A stretch of DNA of 60,584 nt, filler included, from Barthelona sp. PAP020 (Eukaryota): NCBI GenBank assembly GCA_040182905.1. It is 3 parts of 3 records of this genome, joined end to end, with 100 filler letters (N's around TTAATTAATTAA, not from the genome) between each part and the next. Parts side by side here need not be neighbours in the genome. Positions count along the whole stretch, not along the records: positions 20,315 to 40,456 come from JARQWU010000193.1; 2 more parts are not named here. The stretch is one strand, 5' to 3'. Position numbers and translations under genes: made by a program. Below the pieces are notes generated by a model, which searched no databases, was not told the DNA's origin, and saw nothing but the letters and a program-made list of their open reading frames with translations. Positions 20,416 through 32,100 of the stretch are shown here, piece after piece; position 1 is the stretch's first letter, and each line of letters begins with the position of its first letter.

Positions 20416-20504
20416 TCAATTACATTCACATAACTTTTCAATTGAAAATCTTGAGAAAACAATTAAGCAACAGTAATTTGATTTTTATGATTATGTGTAA
20501 AAAT

Positions 20505-20655
20505 TTGAAAGAGCAATTCTTCATTTGCCCTTTATATTTAGCAAATGAAATTTCAAATTATACAATATTAATCCAGTTTCTGAAACTTATAACAAAAAAA
20601 CACCATACCATTCTTACTCTTTACTCATACACACAGAACTTCTTAGCCTGGAAAC
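20505..20655 (+). repeat. Degenerate internal fragment of the same repeat family
   Basis: aattcttcatttgccctttatatttagcaaatgaaatttcaaa and actcatacacacagaacttcttagcctggaaa align with 41160-41320 and with the reverse complement of 42820-43000. Confidence 0.65.
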
Positions 20656-21472
20656 AATTAAAATACATTTTGTCATATCTACCACATTCAACATATTCAA
20701 TTTTTCAATTGTTTGTCAAAATTTGTCATTCTTCATTGGGATGAATCCAACTGCGTATTTTGGGAATTTATAATCTTAGCTAGCAATGCAAAATGAATCA
20801 TTTCGATAAAATTCATTAAATTTTTTGATGAAGAACTAATCATTACAGATGTTAAAAACATTCACAAAAATTTTGGATAATTTTACAAAAAGAAACAATT
20901 CTGATGAGATAAATCTGCAAATAAATGCTTTCAAACTTTAATTTGAAATGTTTACTATTGTATTAATATTATGTGCTCACAATTATGAAAGTTATGAAAG
21001 TAAAAAAAGATCCACCCTTTAAAATTTGAAATGTGTGAAACTAATGGTTTCTACTGCTTTTTTTAACCCTAAAAAAAGATATACAACTAAAAAGACATGC
21101 TGGAAAAGAAAAATATTTTCCAGTTAATCCATTCTAACAAAAGAAGGTTTTGCTTTTTAATTGCAATTTATTGTTGAACCAAAAAATAAGGTCTTCCAAA
21201 TGTTTGAAAACAAAGTATAAATGTAATCTTCATTTGTCGAAATCTTCAATAAAAATTAACGTGTTTACGGTGAAAAATTTCATTTTTAATTATGGAAGAG
21301 ACTGTTTCAAGAACACTTACATGTGTAAAATCGCATGTAGAATGCGCTCTTTGAATTGACAATCTTTCTTTTTTTATAATTCTTATATCTGCTTGTTGAT
21401 AAAAACAGTTGTGTCAAATGAACACAAAAAAGAAATTGAAAAAAAATCTCCAAAGTTTTTTTATCATTACAA

Positions 21473-23248
21473 ATGTCATTTGAAATTGCAAGTGCACATT
21501 TTCGAGGCACTAGATATCAAGAGTGCTTGAAAGAATTGCAAAACATTCCAAATAGTGAAAATATATATTCTGTTCAACATAATATTTTATTATGTAAACG
21601 ATTTTTAGGATTCATTAATGATCTTGAGCTTGAATTATCATTAAATAATCTGAAAAATGTTCAAGATAATAATGTACATGTATCTGGAATTTATACACGA
21701 TACAATCTCGCAGTCATGCATTATTATAATCGAAATTATTCACACGCATTGCAAATATTGGTACCTTTTATTCACACAGTTGATGCTTTACCTATTTTTT
21801 TGGCAATACAAATCGTTATGTTATTCTTGGAAGTTTTGACGATTTGTTCATATCCTACACGTAGCCCTATCGCTACCTTTGCAAAATTAATTGAAAAATT
21901 ACCACCAAATTATCGAAAAGATTTTATCATATTTTTGCATCAGTATGAAGTACGTTTTGAGTGTCTCTGTGGTGATAAAGAAAGAGCAGGGACACTAGCA
22001 AACAAATTATCTGATAATTTGATGTCTAAATTGTTGAAAGCCAATGCTTATTCTATGAATTCTAATTTTTCTCAAGCAGGCAATATTTTATTGGACAATA
22101 AGCATATTCCAGTTCCAAGTGGTGTTCATCTTCCTTCTGAATATATTCTTCAGCCTTCCGAATATTTATTTTTATACAATATGGGAGTGGTGAATGCTAT
22201 TGCTGGAAAATTGCATTTGGCAATGACTCAGATTATAAAGGCGATAGATATCGCCCAAAAATCTGAAAACCATGTCAATCCACGAAAAAACAGACGATGC
22301 CCATATTTGAACATAATGAAACGTACATTGGGCATGATTCTTTTGAGTTTACCTGATGACCAGACTACCCCTAACACATATTATAATGCTGCTGTTGCAC
22401 TTACTATGAATGAACGTGACCCACATTTGAATGGAAGATTGGCTATGTTAAGGGGTGAAGCTTACATTCGTTGTGCATTATTAATGCAGTATCAAACCGA
22501 TTCAAACATTGAATTTGGACCCACTTGTGATGTTGAACGTGTGGTTGATGTACATTCTGGTCGTTGTTTCATTTTAAGTGATAAACATATTTATTATACG
22601 CATGAATCATCAAAAAAATGCACACGTAAGAGTGTTTGTCCTATATCTATGACTGATGCTTTGCGTAAAGCCAAGACTAGTCTAACAACTGCCATATCAA
22701 TTTTTAGATTATTATTAAAGGCTTCAAGAAGAAAACAAACAGCTATTATGCATCAAAGGACAAGAGCCGAACTATTGATTGCATATATTTTGATGGCACT
22801 TGATAATCCTGCAACTGCATTACACCATTTACCTCGAATTGAAAATGCATCTATTCCACCTTTGATCGCCTATCATGTGGTTATGTTAGGTTGTGAAGCG
22901 CAATTGCGTTTGAGAAAATATGATGAGGCTGTGAACATATTTAACTCCGTTAATATTAACAATTTTGAAGGAACCGAAAAGCATTCGATATTAGTGAATC
23001 AAATATGCACACACATTATTTCAAACAAGAACGTTGGAAAAATCAACGAATTGATGAATGTTTTGAGAAAAGAGTTACCCCAGAGTTGGATTCTTAAGTC
23101 TTTAGATGTCTATTTGAGTCTTAGAGCTGGTCAGTATGGTTATGCACATAGTCTTTTGAAGTTTAATGGTTCTTATCAATATGTATCCAAATATAGTTAC
23201 GAGGAATCATCAATTCCCAAGTTTGAACCTGAACCCACCAGAAAGTAA
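21473..23248 (+). CDS. CNOT10: TPR protein, CCR4-NOT subunit 10-like
   Basis: N-terminal AHF...YQECL...L, HNILL, YNLAVMHYY...ALQIL, LYNMGV, AYILMALDNPATALHH and C-terminal VYLSLRAGQ...A..LLK follow the CNOT10 pattern. Confidence 0.65.
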   Translation: MSFEIASAHFRGTRYQECLKELQNIPNSENIYSVQHNILLCKRFLGFINDLELELSLNNLKNVQDNNVHVSGIYTRYNLAVMHYYNRNYSHALQILVPFIHTVDALPIFLAIQIVMLFLEVLTICSYPTRSPIATFAKLIEKLPPNYRKDFIIFLHQYEVRFECLCGDKERAGTLANKLSDNLMSKLLKANAYSMNSNFSQAGNILLDNKHIPVPSGVHLPSEYILQPSEYLFLYNMGVVNAIAGKLHLAMTQIIKAIDIAQKSENHVNPRKNRRCPYLNIMKRTLGMILLSLPDDQTTPNTYYNAAVALTMNERDPHLNGRLAMLRGEAYIRCALLMQYQTDSNIEFGPTCDVERVVDVHSGRCFILSDKHIYYTHESSKKCTRKSVCPISMTDALRKAKTSLTTAISIFRLLLKASRRKQTAIMHQRTRAELLIAYILMALDNPATALHHLPRIENASIPPLIAYHVVMLGCEAQLRLRKYDEAVNIFNSVNINNFEGTEKHSILVNQICTHIISNKNVGKINELMNVLRKELPQSWILKSLDVYLSLRAGQYGYAHSLLKFNGSYQYVSKYSYEESSIPKFEPEPTRK

Positions 23249-23631
23249 AATAATTTGTTGTTTATTTTGTTGTTTCATGTACAAATTGTTTGAAAATAAA
23301 TCCGAATTACAAAAGCTGGAGAATTGTGGATCTTCATCTGATACAAACATGAATCAGGTTTGAAATGAATGAAAAAAAAATTCCAATGTCTATTTATTGC
23401 TTAACAGAGAACCAATAGAAGAACCGATTTGAAAAAATCAGCGGAACAAAAACAAGCAAACAAACAAATAGGAAAAGTTTGACTATATTATGTGTATGAA
23501 CAAACAAACCGAAAAACAGAATAAACATACTTTCAGTTGTTGAGATTTTACCTTGAAATCGTAAATTGTTTTGTAATTTCTTCAAGAAATAATAATTTAC
23601 GATTAACTTCAACGTTTTGGATATATTTACT

Positions 23632-24147
23632 TCAAAGAATGTTTTCAAGTGGCATTACAGGTAGTTTTGTTCCAGGTAAAGTAGGGTGCGTACTTTCTTC
23701 AGTGTTTTGTATTTCATTTTCCAAATAACCACACTTAGGAACACATAATATCTTATCCACTGTTACTAATGAACTTTGTTCTTCTCCTTCAAAAACAACT
23801 CGAACTCTTTCATCATTAATTACTTCTTGAACAACACAAGGATAATATGTACTAGTAGTAGAATTCTCAGAATCTTCATATAAAGAAAAAATCCTATCCC
23901 CAGAACCAATTGACGCATTATCACGTTTCATTGAAGCTAATGGAGTTGCAAGTTGACTTGAAACTCTCCATCGGTCTTCACTACGTACCGATTTCCCATC
24001 TATAATAGTAGGAGGATCAGAAACAACAAAAATACCATTATCATCATCATAATCCAAAACATCAAAAATAACAAATGTTTTAAAGAAATTTGTGCCATAA
24101 GTTTGATCTTCAGCAACAAATCTTGCAACAATTTTGTTGTTCTTCAT
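23632..24147 (-). CDS. Small Tudor-like protein (SGF29 tandem-Tudor-like)
   Basis: GDRIFSLY...TSTYYPCVV...VRVVFEGEE resembles the second Tudor domain of SGF29. Confidence 0.45.
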   Translation of the reverse strand: MKNNKIVARFVAEDQTYGTNFFKTFVIFDVLDYDDDNGIFVVSDPPTIIDGKSVRSEDRWRVSSQLATPLASMKRDNASIGSGDRIFSLYEDSENSTTSTYYPCVVQEVINDERVRVVFEGEEQSSLVTVDKILCVPKCGYLENEIQNTEESTHPTLPGTKLPVMPLENIL

Positions 24148-24319
24148 TTTAAATGTCTGAAAAAAAAATAAATTGAGAATTTAAACAAAAATTATCTTTT
24201 GTTTATTCACTACTAACCATTTTTATCATTTGTCTCATTTCAATCATTTGAAGTATAATAAACAAAATATCTGTTTTTGGGGTTTGTCCTCAATATTTGT
24301 AGTGTTTTATTTTTTTTCT

Positions 24320-25549
24320 ATGAAATTCACATTTTCTTTTGTGATTCTATTTTTAACATTATTAACATTTATAACTACAAAAGATTTTGCAGTTCTAATT
24401 GCGGGAACTAAAGGATTTAATAATTATCGACATCAAGCTGATGTTTATCACATGTATCATTTAATTATTGAAAATGGTTACTCCAAGGATGATGTTATTG
24501 TTGTAGCTTATGATGATATTTCAGATAATTCTCAAAATGTTTACAATCCACATGTTTATAATGATGTTAATATGACCAGAGATTATTATGATGGTGTTAA
24601 AATTAATTATTCTGGTCAAAATGTCACTGCTGAATTAATTAGAAAAATTCTTTCCAGTGATTCTTCATTGCCTTATTCCGTTCCCAACGATGTTGATTCT
24701 TTATTTATTTTTTTTGCTTCACATGGTGAAGTCGGAAGTATTATAATGCCAAATGGTCCACCTTTTACTGTTGCAGACCTTCAAGAAGTATCTCAACGTT
24801 TTGGTGATGTGAATACTCCGATACCAAAAGCTTTCTTTTTAATTGAAGCTTGTCATTCAGGATCTATGTTCCAAGCATTTCAAAAAAATAGTCCTATTGC
24901 TGGTTTAGCTGCAGCCAAAAGTGAAGAACTTTCTTTTTCTTGTGAATGTCCACCTTGGCCAGGGATGAGTGATATTTGTGATATGGGTATTGTGCCTTGT
25001 GATGCATTTGCATTTGATTTTATGAATCTTCCATTTACCGAAAAATTGTCCTTGATTGGTGCTGAGAATGAGATTATAGCTGAACATTTAGAATCCCACC
25101 CTGTTGCTTTTGCCATTCCTTGGTATTTGGATTTGCCTATTACAGATATGATTCATATTCATACGAGTACAGATAAAACAATGAAAAATGATCAAAGAAG
25201 TGTATTTACAAAAGAGGGAAAAGGTTCAATAGACCTTAAAAGGTCTCAAAAAAAACAAACGGACAAGTCTTCCGAAAAAACAAAAGACCGCCGTTTGTTA
25301 GCTCAAGTTAATCATTGTTCTTCAATAAAGAATGCTCTTACTTTATCAATTGTTGATAATGACAATTTGCAAATTCCTTCCATTGAAACATGGAAGCTAC
25401 ACAGAAAAATTAATTTGCTAATGTATGAAAAATGCTTAGTATTTAATCATCGTTGCAAAGAGGTATCTTCTTTACTGACCGAATTATCTCTTCAAAGGAA
25501 TTTTAATACCCAAAAATTTTCTGATATCTTAGACTCAATTTGTATGTAG
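24320..25549 (+). CDS. Legumain/asparaginyl endopeptidase (peptidase C13)
   Basis: Signal peptide from ATG 24320; AVLIAGTKGFNNYRHQADV; catalytic His in FASHG and Cys in IEACHSGSMF; Cys-containing C-terminal prodomain. Confidence 0.9.
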   Translation: MKFTFSFVILFLTLLTFITTKDFAVLIAGTKGFNNYRHQADVYHMYHLIIENGYSKDDVIVVAYDDISDNSQNVYNPHVYNDVNMTRDYYDGVKINYSGQNVTAELIRKILSSDSSLPYSVPNDVDSLFIFFASHGEVGSIIMPNGPPFTVADLQEVSQRFGDVNTPIPKAFFLIEACHSGSMFQAFQKNSPIAGLAAAKSEELSFSCECPPWPGMSDICDMGIVPCDAFAFDFMNLPFTEKLSLIGAENEIIAEHLESHPVAFAIPWYLDLPITDMIHIHTSTDKTMKNDQRSVFTKEGKGSIDLKRSQKKQTDKSSEKTKDRRLLAQVNHCSSIKNALTLSIVDNDNLQIPSIETWKLHRKINLLMYEKCLVFNHRCKEVSSLLTELSLQRNFNTQKFSDILDSICM

Positions 25550-26259
25550 GTTTTAACAAATGTAAATAATTTAATCGTAGTTTTTTTTTCTCTTTATCTC
25601 TTGATATATCTTTCGTTCTTTGAATAGTTATACCAGATCATTGAAATTGAAAAAAAAAGCGAACTCATTGATACAAATAATATCCTGATAATTCACTAAT
25701 TTAATAATCAGTTTTGAGATGGATGCTTACATTGTTGAATTAAGAAAATTAAAAGAATCATTTCGTGGATGAACAAGGTGATGATAGTAATAATGGTGTA
25801 TCGTATTATTAATCTGCTTGTTCAAACAAATCATTTCTGACCTGGGATATTCTTTCACTAAAATTTTCTTTCTTTCATCTGTCAACTGATTTGTACCCAG
25901 TAAAATTCGTTATTCAGTCTCCTTTGGTGGACTCAAATACAATAAGGGCCTTTTCCATCAAGTATCTTTGTCTATTGATAGCAAAAATTGTGTGAAATAC
26001 ATTCATTGGACTCTTTTCATTCAAAACATATTTGATTATACAAATATTTGAGGACCTGATGCTCACAAGAAAGTGATGGTAAATGTTTCTGAAAGCTCTT
26101 TATAGTTCATAGTTTGTAGTTTGTAACTGGTTCATTTTGATGCAATAACTAAACAATTTAAAGTAAATAATGGTGAAACTAGATTTCAGATGGAAAGAAT
26201 CAAAGAAATGAATTGGTGAGGAAAAAAGGACTGTCCAAACTGTTATCATTTTTTATCTA

Positions 26260-28785
26260 ATGCCCTTTTTAAAACGAAATCCAAAGGATATCATTGATGT
26301 AATTGTTGATGAAAACGATTTTATGAAAATTGAATCCCAACATGAAAAGTCTATTTATTCAATTAATTTTCATTCTTCTAAAGATATTTTTTTGACCGCT
26401 TCTGGAGATTCAACAATAAAAATATGGAATTTCGAGACATTGAAATGTGAAAAGGTTCTTGAAAATCATGAGAGCTTTGTTTTTGATGCCCAATTTTCTT
26501 ATGATGGTGAATTAATTTGTTCTGCTTCAAATTCTGGAAAAATTATTATTTATAAAACCGAAGATTATAGACCTTTCATTACGATTGAAAATGATTCCAC
26601 ACCTACTTTTTGTTGTTGTTTTTCTCATGATCAAAAATATTTATTTACTGGTGATGCTAATGGCCATTTAAAAAAATGGGACATTCAAAGTACTTCTTCT
26701 TCTTCTTCAATAAATGAAAATAGATTGATTGAATCAATCAAGACACATTCTTCCAGAATTTGGCGAATTTGTTTATCACCCACAGGGAGATTTATAGCAA
26801 CTGGGGGGTTTGATGCTTTTATAAAAGTCTTTGATGTTAAGAATTTGAGTTTACTCAATGCGTTTGAACCATTTTCAGGAGCCGTACATTCTATTGATTT
26901 TAGTATCAATGAACAATTTATTTGTGGATGTTCTAAGGATAAAACTGTAAGGATATGGGAATTTCAAAATTTTCAATTGGTGAATCAATTTTTTTTGGAG
27001 AGTCGAGTGTGTTGTGTTAAATTTTTTGGTAATAATTTATTTTTAGCTTGTTTGTGTACCAATGGAACTATTGTAATTATTTCATTGATAAATAAGTGTA
27101 TTCACCAAATAATTGAATGTAAAAGTGCCAATAGTGTATATACTTCTTTTGATATTAATGAAGCAAATGAGAAATTGGTTGTAGGTCGTACAGATATTGT
27201 TGATGGTGAAGATAATATGAGATTATACAATTTGGTTCCTGTTTACAAGCCTATTAAAACGTATTTTGATGAAATATTAGCAAATAAGGAGAATCTTGCC
27301 ATGAAAAATAATGACAATACTTTTGATTTGAATCGTTTAGTTGAAGCATTTAGAATTGAATTGGAAGTAAAAATTGAACAAATACGCAAGGAAAATCAAA
27401 TGAAAGAACAATTATTGCGAAAAGAACTCTTGTTTCAAAAAGATGTGATAGAGCAACAAAAAAATAAAATTTTTGATTTGGTTTTAAAAGAAGATAGATT
27501 AACTCAAGCAAATAATAAACTATCTGCCAGACTCAATGAATTGGAAGATAGCTTTAATAAAGAAAAACGAAAATTAAACATTTTAATTGACCAATTCAAA
27601 AAAGATCATGTAAATCAAGAAACCATTGTATTTTTAAATGTTTTACAAAATTTATATGAAAATTTAAAAACTTTGTACATGAATAGTCTTATTTTTGAAG
27701 AAGAAAAACTTCTGTTGTTGAAAACTCAAACATTTGAAACTTCCCATGAAAATGAAAACGAATTTAGCAAGATTTTGGATGAAATCACTCATTTTTCTGT
27801 TGATTCAGGAAAAAATTATGACTTTTCTAGGCTTGAAAGTTTTCAACGAAAAATTCAAAGTAATCATCAAATTTTAAATGAAATATTAGCTTTTATTCAT
27901 TCATTTAAATTTCCAAAACCTTTTGATTCAGTCAATTACAAAAGCGTTGTTGATTTTACAGATGAAATTAAGATGTTCATCACAAAGTCAATAGATAACA
28001 ATGTTTCTCAAATTTTTGTTGAAGATCAAGTCGAGAAACTTTATGAAAAAATTCAAAACACATTGAATGTGGAAGTTTTTGAAGAAATTCAATTTAGCGA
28101 TGTTTTTTTATCTTTGTCCAAAAAAGAAAACATTGAAACTTCCATAAAACATTTGGAAATATTGATTGAAAAAGTGCAAACATTGTTTACTTCTTTAAAA
28201 TTGATTTTTGAAAAGATAGGTGATATTGAAGATAAGCGTGAGTCAATGGTGAAGGCATTCAAATACTTTGAAAAGATTGAGGAGGATTTTGATGAAGACA
28301 CCACTGAATATTATACGTCCAGAGTTATTTACGATGAAAAGCAAAGATTATTCGATTTTGTAATTGAGCCTTTGTTGTTGATACGTTGTAATATTCCCAC
28401 ACATCTATTCAGTAAACTTCTTAGCTTTTGTACAAACTTTGCTAAAATCGAAAGCGCTTTGGAATTGTTGGAAAATCAAGAACACTGTCCATCTTTAGAT
28501 AGAGATTTGATATTGATTATTCCAGAGGCTTTTTATCATCCTGGCTTATACGACGATATGATTAATGAAGATCAAACACAGTTGGCTCTGGAAACTGACA
28601 ATCTTGTTGTTCAAATGTTTGAATTACCCTATAGACCATGTGACCAATTGTCCTTCATCATTCAAAATATTAATAAGTTTCTGCAATTGAAAGTTAATTA
28701 TAAAAGTATCATTTTTACAGTTGATGAAGATGAAGATGTTATTGCATTTGCATTAGAGTGGCAAAAAATTTCCATTGAAGGTTAA
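26260..28785 (+). CDS. WD40 repeat + coiled-coil protein
   Basis: N-terminal WD repeats (TASGDSTIKIWN, TGGFDAFIKVFD, SKDKTVRIWE) followed by a long E/K/Q/L-rich helical region. Confidence 0.85.
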   Translation: MPFLKRNPKDIIDVIVDENDFMKIESQHEKSIYSINFHSSKDIFLTASGDSTIKIWNFETLKCEKVLENHESFVFDAQFSYDGELICSASNSGKIIIYKTEDYRPFITIENDSTPTFCCCFSHDQKYLFTGDANGHLKKWDIQSTSSSSSINENRLIESIKTHSSRIWRICLSPTGRFIATGGFDAFIKVFDVKNLSLLNAFEPFSGAVHSIDFSINEQFICGCSKDKTVRIWEFQNFQLVNQFFLESRVCCVKFFGNNLFLACLCTNGTIVIISLINKCIHQIIECKSANSVYTSFDINEANEKLVVGRTDIVDGEDNMRLYNLVPVYKPIKTYFDEILANKENLAMKNNDNTFDLNRLVEAFRIELEVKIEQIRKENQMKEQLLRKELLFQKDVIEQQKNKIFDLVLKEDRLTQANNKLSARLNELEDSFNKEKRKLNILIDQFKKDHVNQETIVFLNVLQNLYENLKTLYMNSLIFEEEKLLLLKTQTFETSHENENEFSKILDEITHFSVDSGKNYDFSRLESFQRKIQSNHQILNEILAFIHSFKFPKPFDSVNYKSVVDFTDEIKMFITKSIDNNVSQIFVEDQVEKLYEKIQNTLNVEVFEEIQFSDVFLSLSKKENIETSIKHLEILIEKVQTLFTSLKLIFEKIGDIEDKRESMVKAFKYFEKIEEDFDEDTTEYYTSRVIYDEKQRLFDFVIEPLLLIRCNIPTHLFSKLLSFCTNFAKIESALELLENQEHCPSLDRDLILIIPEAFYHPGLYDDMINEDQTQLALETDNLVVQMFELPYRPCDQLSFIIQNINKFLQLKVNYKSIIFTVDEDEDVIAFALEWQKISIEG

Positions 28786-29127
28786 AAATTCAGTGCACAT
28801 TTACATTTAACTGCAAATTTTCTTTTCCTATCAAAGTTTCCCAATATGTTTTCATTTGATAAATGCTTCTTTTAAATTGAAAATTTGGCCGTCATAAATT
28901 ATTATGATCTTTTCTTTCACTACTATTTATATTCAAAAAGGAAGAAACGAAAGTTCAATTGATGAAAAATGATTTTATTCTTTGTTTTAGCCCTCAAAAA
29001 GTATTTATTAATTTTTTATGATATAAACATTGCTTTTTGTCACATTTTCTTTTTCTTATAGTGATTGAATGATTTTCAATAAAAAGAACTGAATTTTTTT
29101 TTGTTTTTTAATTTCATGTGATTTGAA

Positions 29128-32100
29128 ATGAATTTATCTATTCATTTGATACTTTTATGTTTATCACTACTGGCAATTGTGATAAATGTAGAAGTTGATA
29201 TTGATCCACATTGCATCAATGCCAAGACACAAAATGCAGATGTTATGTTTTCATATTCCAAATTATTTCAACTTCATGTTGCTGCTGATACGCTTAACAA
29301 CGTAACATTTTCTTTTCCTATTAAATTGGATGTTGGAACATCTATCCAATTTTTTTCCAGTTATCAATCGGATAATATTAGATATTATTGTGATGACGAA
29401 GTTCCATTATTAATGAATAGTAAAAATAGAATATTAATTGATGATTGTTATAAATCATTTACTGTGTGTATTAATGTTCCGAATGAATATTTTGAGATAA
29501 AATTTTTTGCTGGAATTCATATGAGCCGTTGCTTTGATTCTTTCCGTTTTTTTTCTGAATTTGAGACTTTTTTCTTTCTGATACATGATACTCCACTAAC
29601 TGGAAATGATACTTTTGTTATGCCACAATTTGAATATATTGATTGTAAACTGGAATTGTACATGCATAATATGGAAGTTGTTAAGGAAGGCTTTTCCCCA
29701 TATTTATTTGAGGATTGTAAGAAAGACTCGTTGCATAAATACTGTGAATTATATCTATTTGGGTTAGATAATGAAGATTTTGAAACTCAATATACTTTCA
29801 ATATATTAGACGAATTTAATTTTTTACACATGCGAATTATTCCTTTTGATGAGATCTATTTGCCTTCCAATTCTAATCCTTTGGTGGATATCAGTAATGC
29901 TGCGGATAAAATATTACATTTGACAGATAAACATGCTAATGGTGTTACTTTGACTGTTAGACTTACGGAGAATTTCTATTTTTATTCCATCCTAAATATC
30001 AGTTGCATATTTTCTTTAACTGATGACAGCGAATGTAATTGTACTCAGAAATGGATGAAAACGCTACCTTTTATTGAACCTTTATTTATTCCAAGTTCAG
30101 GCTTAAATTTAGAGAGTAATTTGTTTGAAGATAGTTGGTTTATTGTTCATACTGAAGGTTTATTTTTAAAAGATTTCAATACGAATGCTCGGTTGATTTA
30201 TTTGAACGAAACTTATGATTTTCTTACTGGTGTTGGGGATTTTGGCAGAATGCAATTTTTTTTGACCACTATTTCAAGTGATGATCTAAAAATTCAATTT
30301 CTTTTTCGCAAACCTGGAGATTATGAGAATTCTGTTCCTGTCAATTTGAATGTTCATACAATCAATACGATCTATCCATTCATGTGTATATCTATGATGA
30401 AATTCATCCAATTTACCGTCACTTCAACTTATCTCACCAATCAACCAATTGGGTGGTTTTATAAGTCATCAATATCGGGAAAATACATTAGATCGTTTGA
30501 TAACAATCTTGTTCCGGTTGATAGTATCATTGATTTTGATCACCCTGATCCTTTTCCATCAGTTATACCCGTTGATAAAACTGACAATGGTTATTTTGTT
30601 ACTGAGGTATCTACTACTATGTTACATAATTATTATGAAGTTACAATTAAGGCAAGAACTTTGTTAAGTGTTCTTAATCTTGTTGAATCTGATAAATTGA
30701 ATGGTTGTTTGGTGGAACTAACTACTGATGAGAATTTGCCAAGAATTATTCATTGCTTCAATCCAGAAAGTTCTAGCACAGTATTTTATGTTGAAGAAGA
30801 TACTAATTTTTTGATATATGGTTTCATTGCAATATATTGTGAAAGAATTTCTGAAAAAATAAGAATTCGTGAAAATTATCAAACTTTTGCAGAACTTTCT
30901 ATGAGGACATTAACTGAATTCAAAAATTCATATATATTTCCATATTTTCCAATAGATTTTGTTTTTGATCGTTCAGTTCTATGGTATCGATTGGTTGATG
31001 TAGCAATGGTGTCGGATTGCACACAAGAAGTTGTTTTTTTGATTGATAATAAGAATGCGTCATTATTAGCTGAGCTAAATCTTTCTGAACGAACTTTTTT
31101 GACATTTAAGGCAAATTATCAATGTAACATAACCGTCGAGAATTCAACATCCATTGTTCAATTCACGACTGATTCTATTATCGATTTATATGTGGGTACC
31201 AATGTTAAAATTACAATACTACCTGATCCATCCTTGAAAACCGATTTTGCTCTTTCCCTCTCAGAAGACAAGCGTGTTAATGACGAATCATTGGGTAATT
31301 TTAATCGAATTTTATCAACAAAAGAAAACAGTTTGACAGAGTTTATTTTTAAATTTCCTTTTTATGTTGATGATTCTGTTTATGTTGTCAGTATTATTGA
31401 TGTTTTTAATTCTTTTAAGGTTATTTCAACTTGTAAACTGATAGATTCAAATAAATATGAGTTTGTTCCTAATTACTGGGGTGAATTTTTGTTGTATTTT
31501 ACCAATGACTTATATATTGAATGTAACACTTCTTTTGACATTAATTCCATTGATACGTTCATCGTTGCGTTGAATTTACGAAGGTTTGATTCTTTTGTTA
31601 GCACAAGCACATATCCTGTCCCACGATCTATTGATTCTGATTTTGATATTACCTTTATGCTACTTTTCAACTTTATAACATCATCCAAACTGTATGAAGT
31701 TATGAGCAGCTATTTTTCACCAGAAGATTTTAGCAATAATTATTTGATCTTTTTTGATCCAACGAATGGCTGTATCATTGACTCAAAATATTCAGTAGAT
31801 AGAGGTTATAATTGGTTTATTATTGATTCTACTTTACCATATATCAAATTACAATCAACAGAAGAGTGCTTTTCAAGTGAAAAAATTATGGTTACTTTTG
31901 TCAATTCATACTCTTTTCAATTGCTTTCTAATTCGTCTGTTGATGGATCAAATGAAGATTGGAATGTATCAGATGAAAAAGATCGAATGCTGTTGACTCA
32001 ATTTGTCAAACCTTTTGTCATTTCTACACAATATTCTGGATTCTTAAGCTTTCATATTTTGGATAAAGTCATTGAATCTGACAAAAACTTATTCATTGAA

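Noticed and set aside
25600..26200. Possible decayed coding sequence between legumain and the WD40 gene
   Set aside because: Only short open stretches with no recognisable motif; cannot be supported without a translated search.
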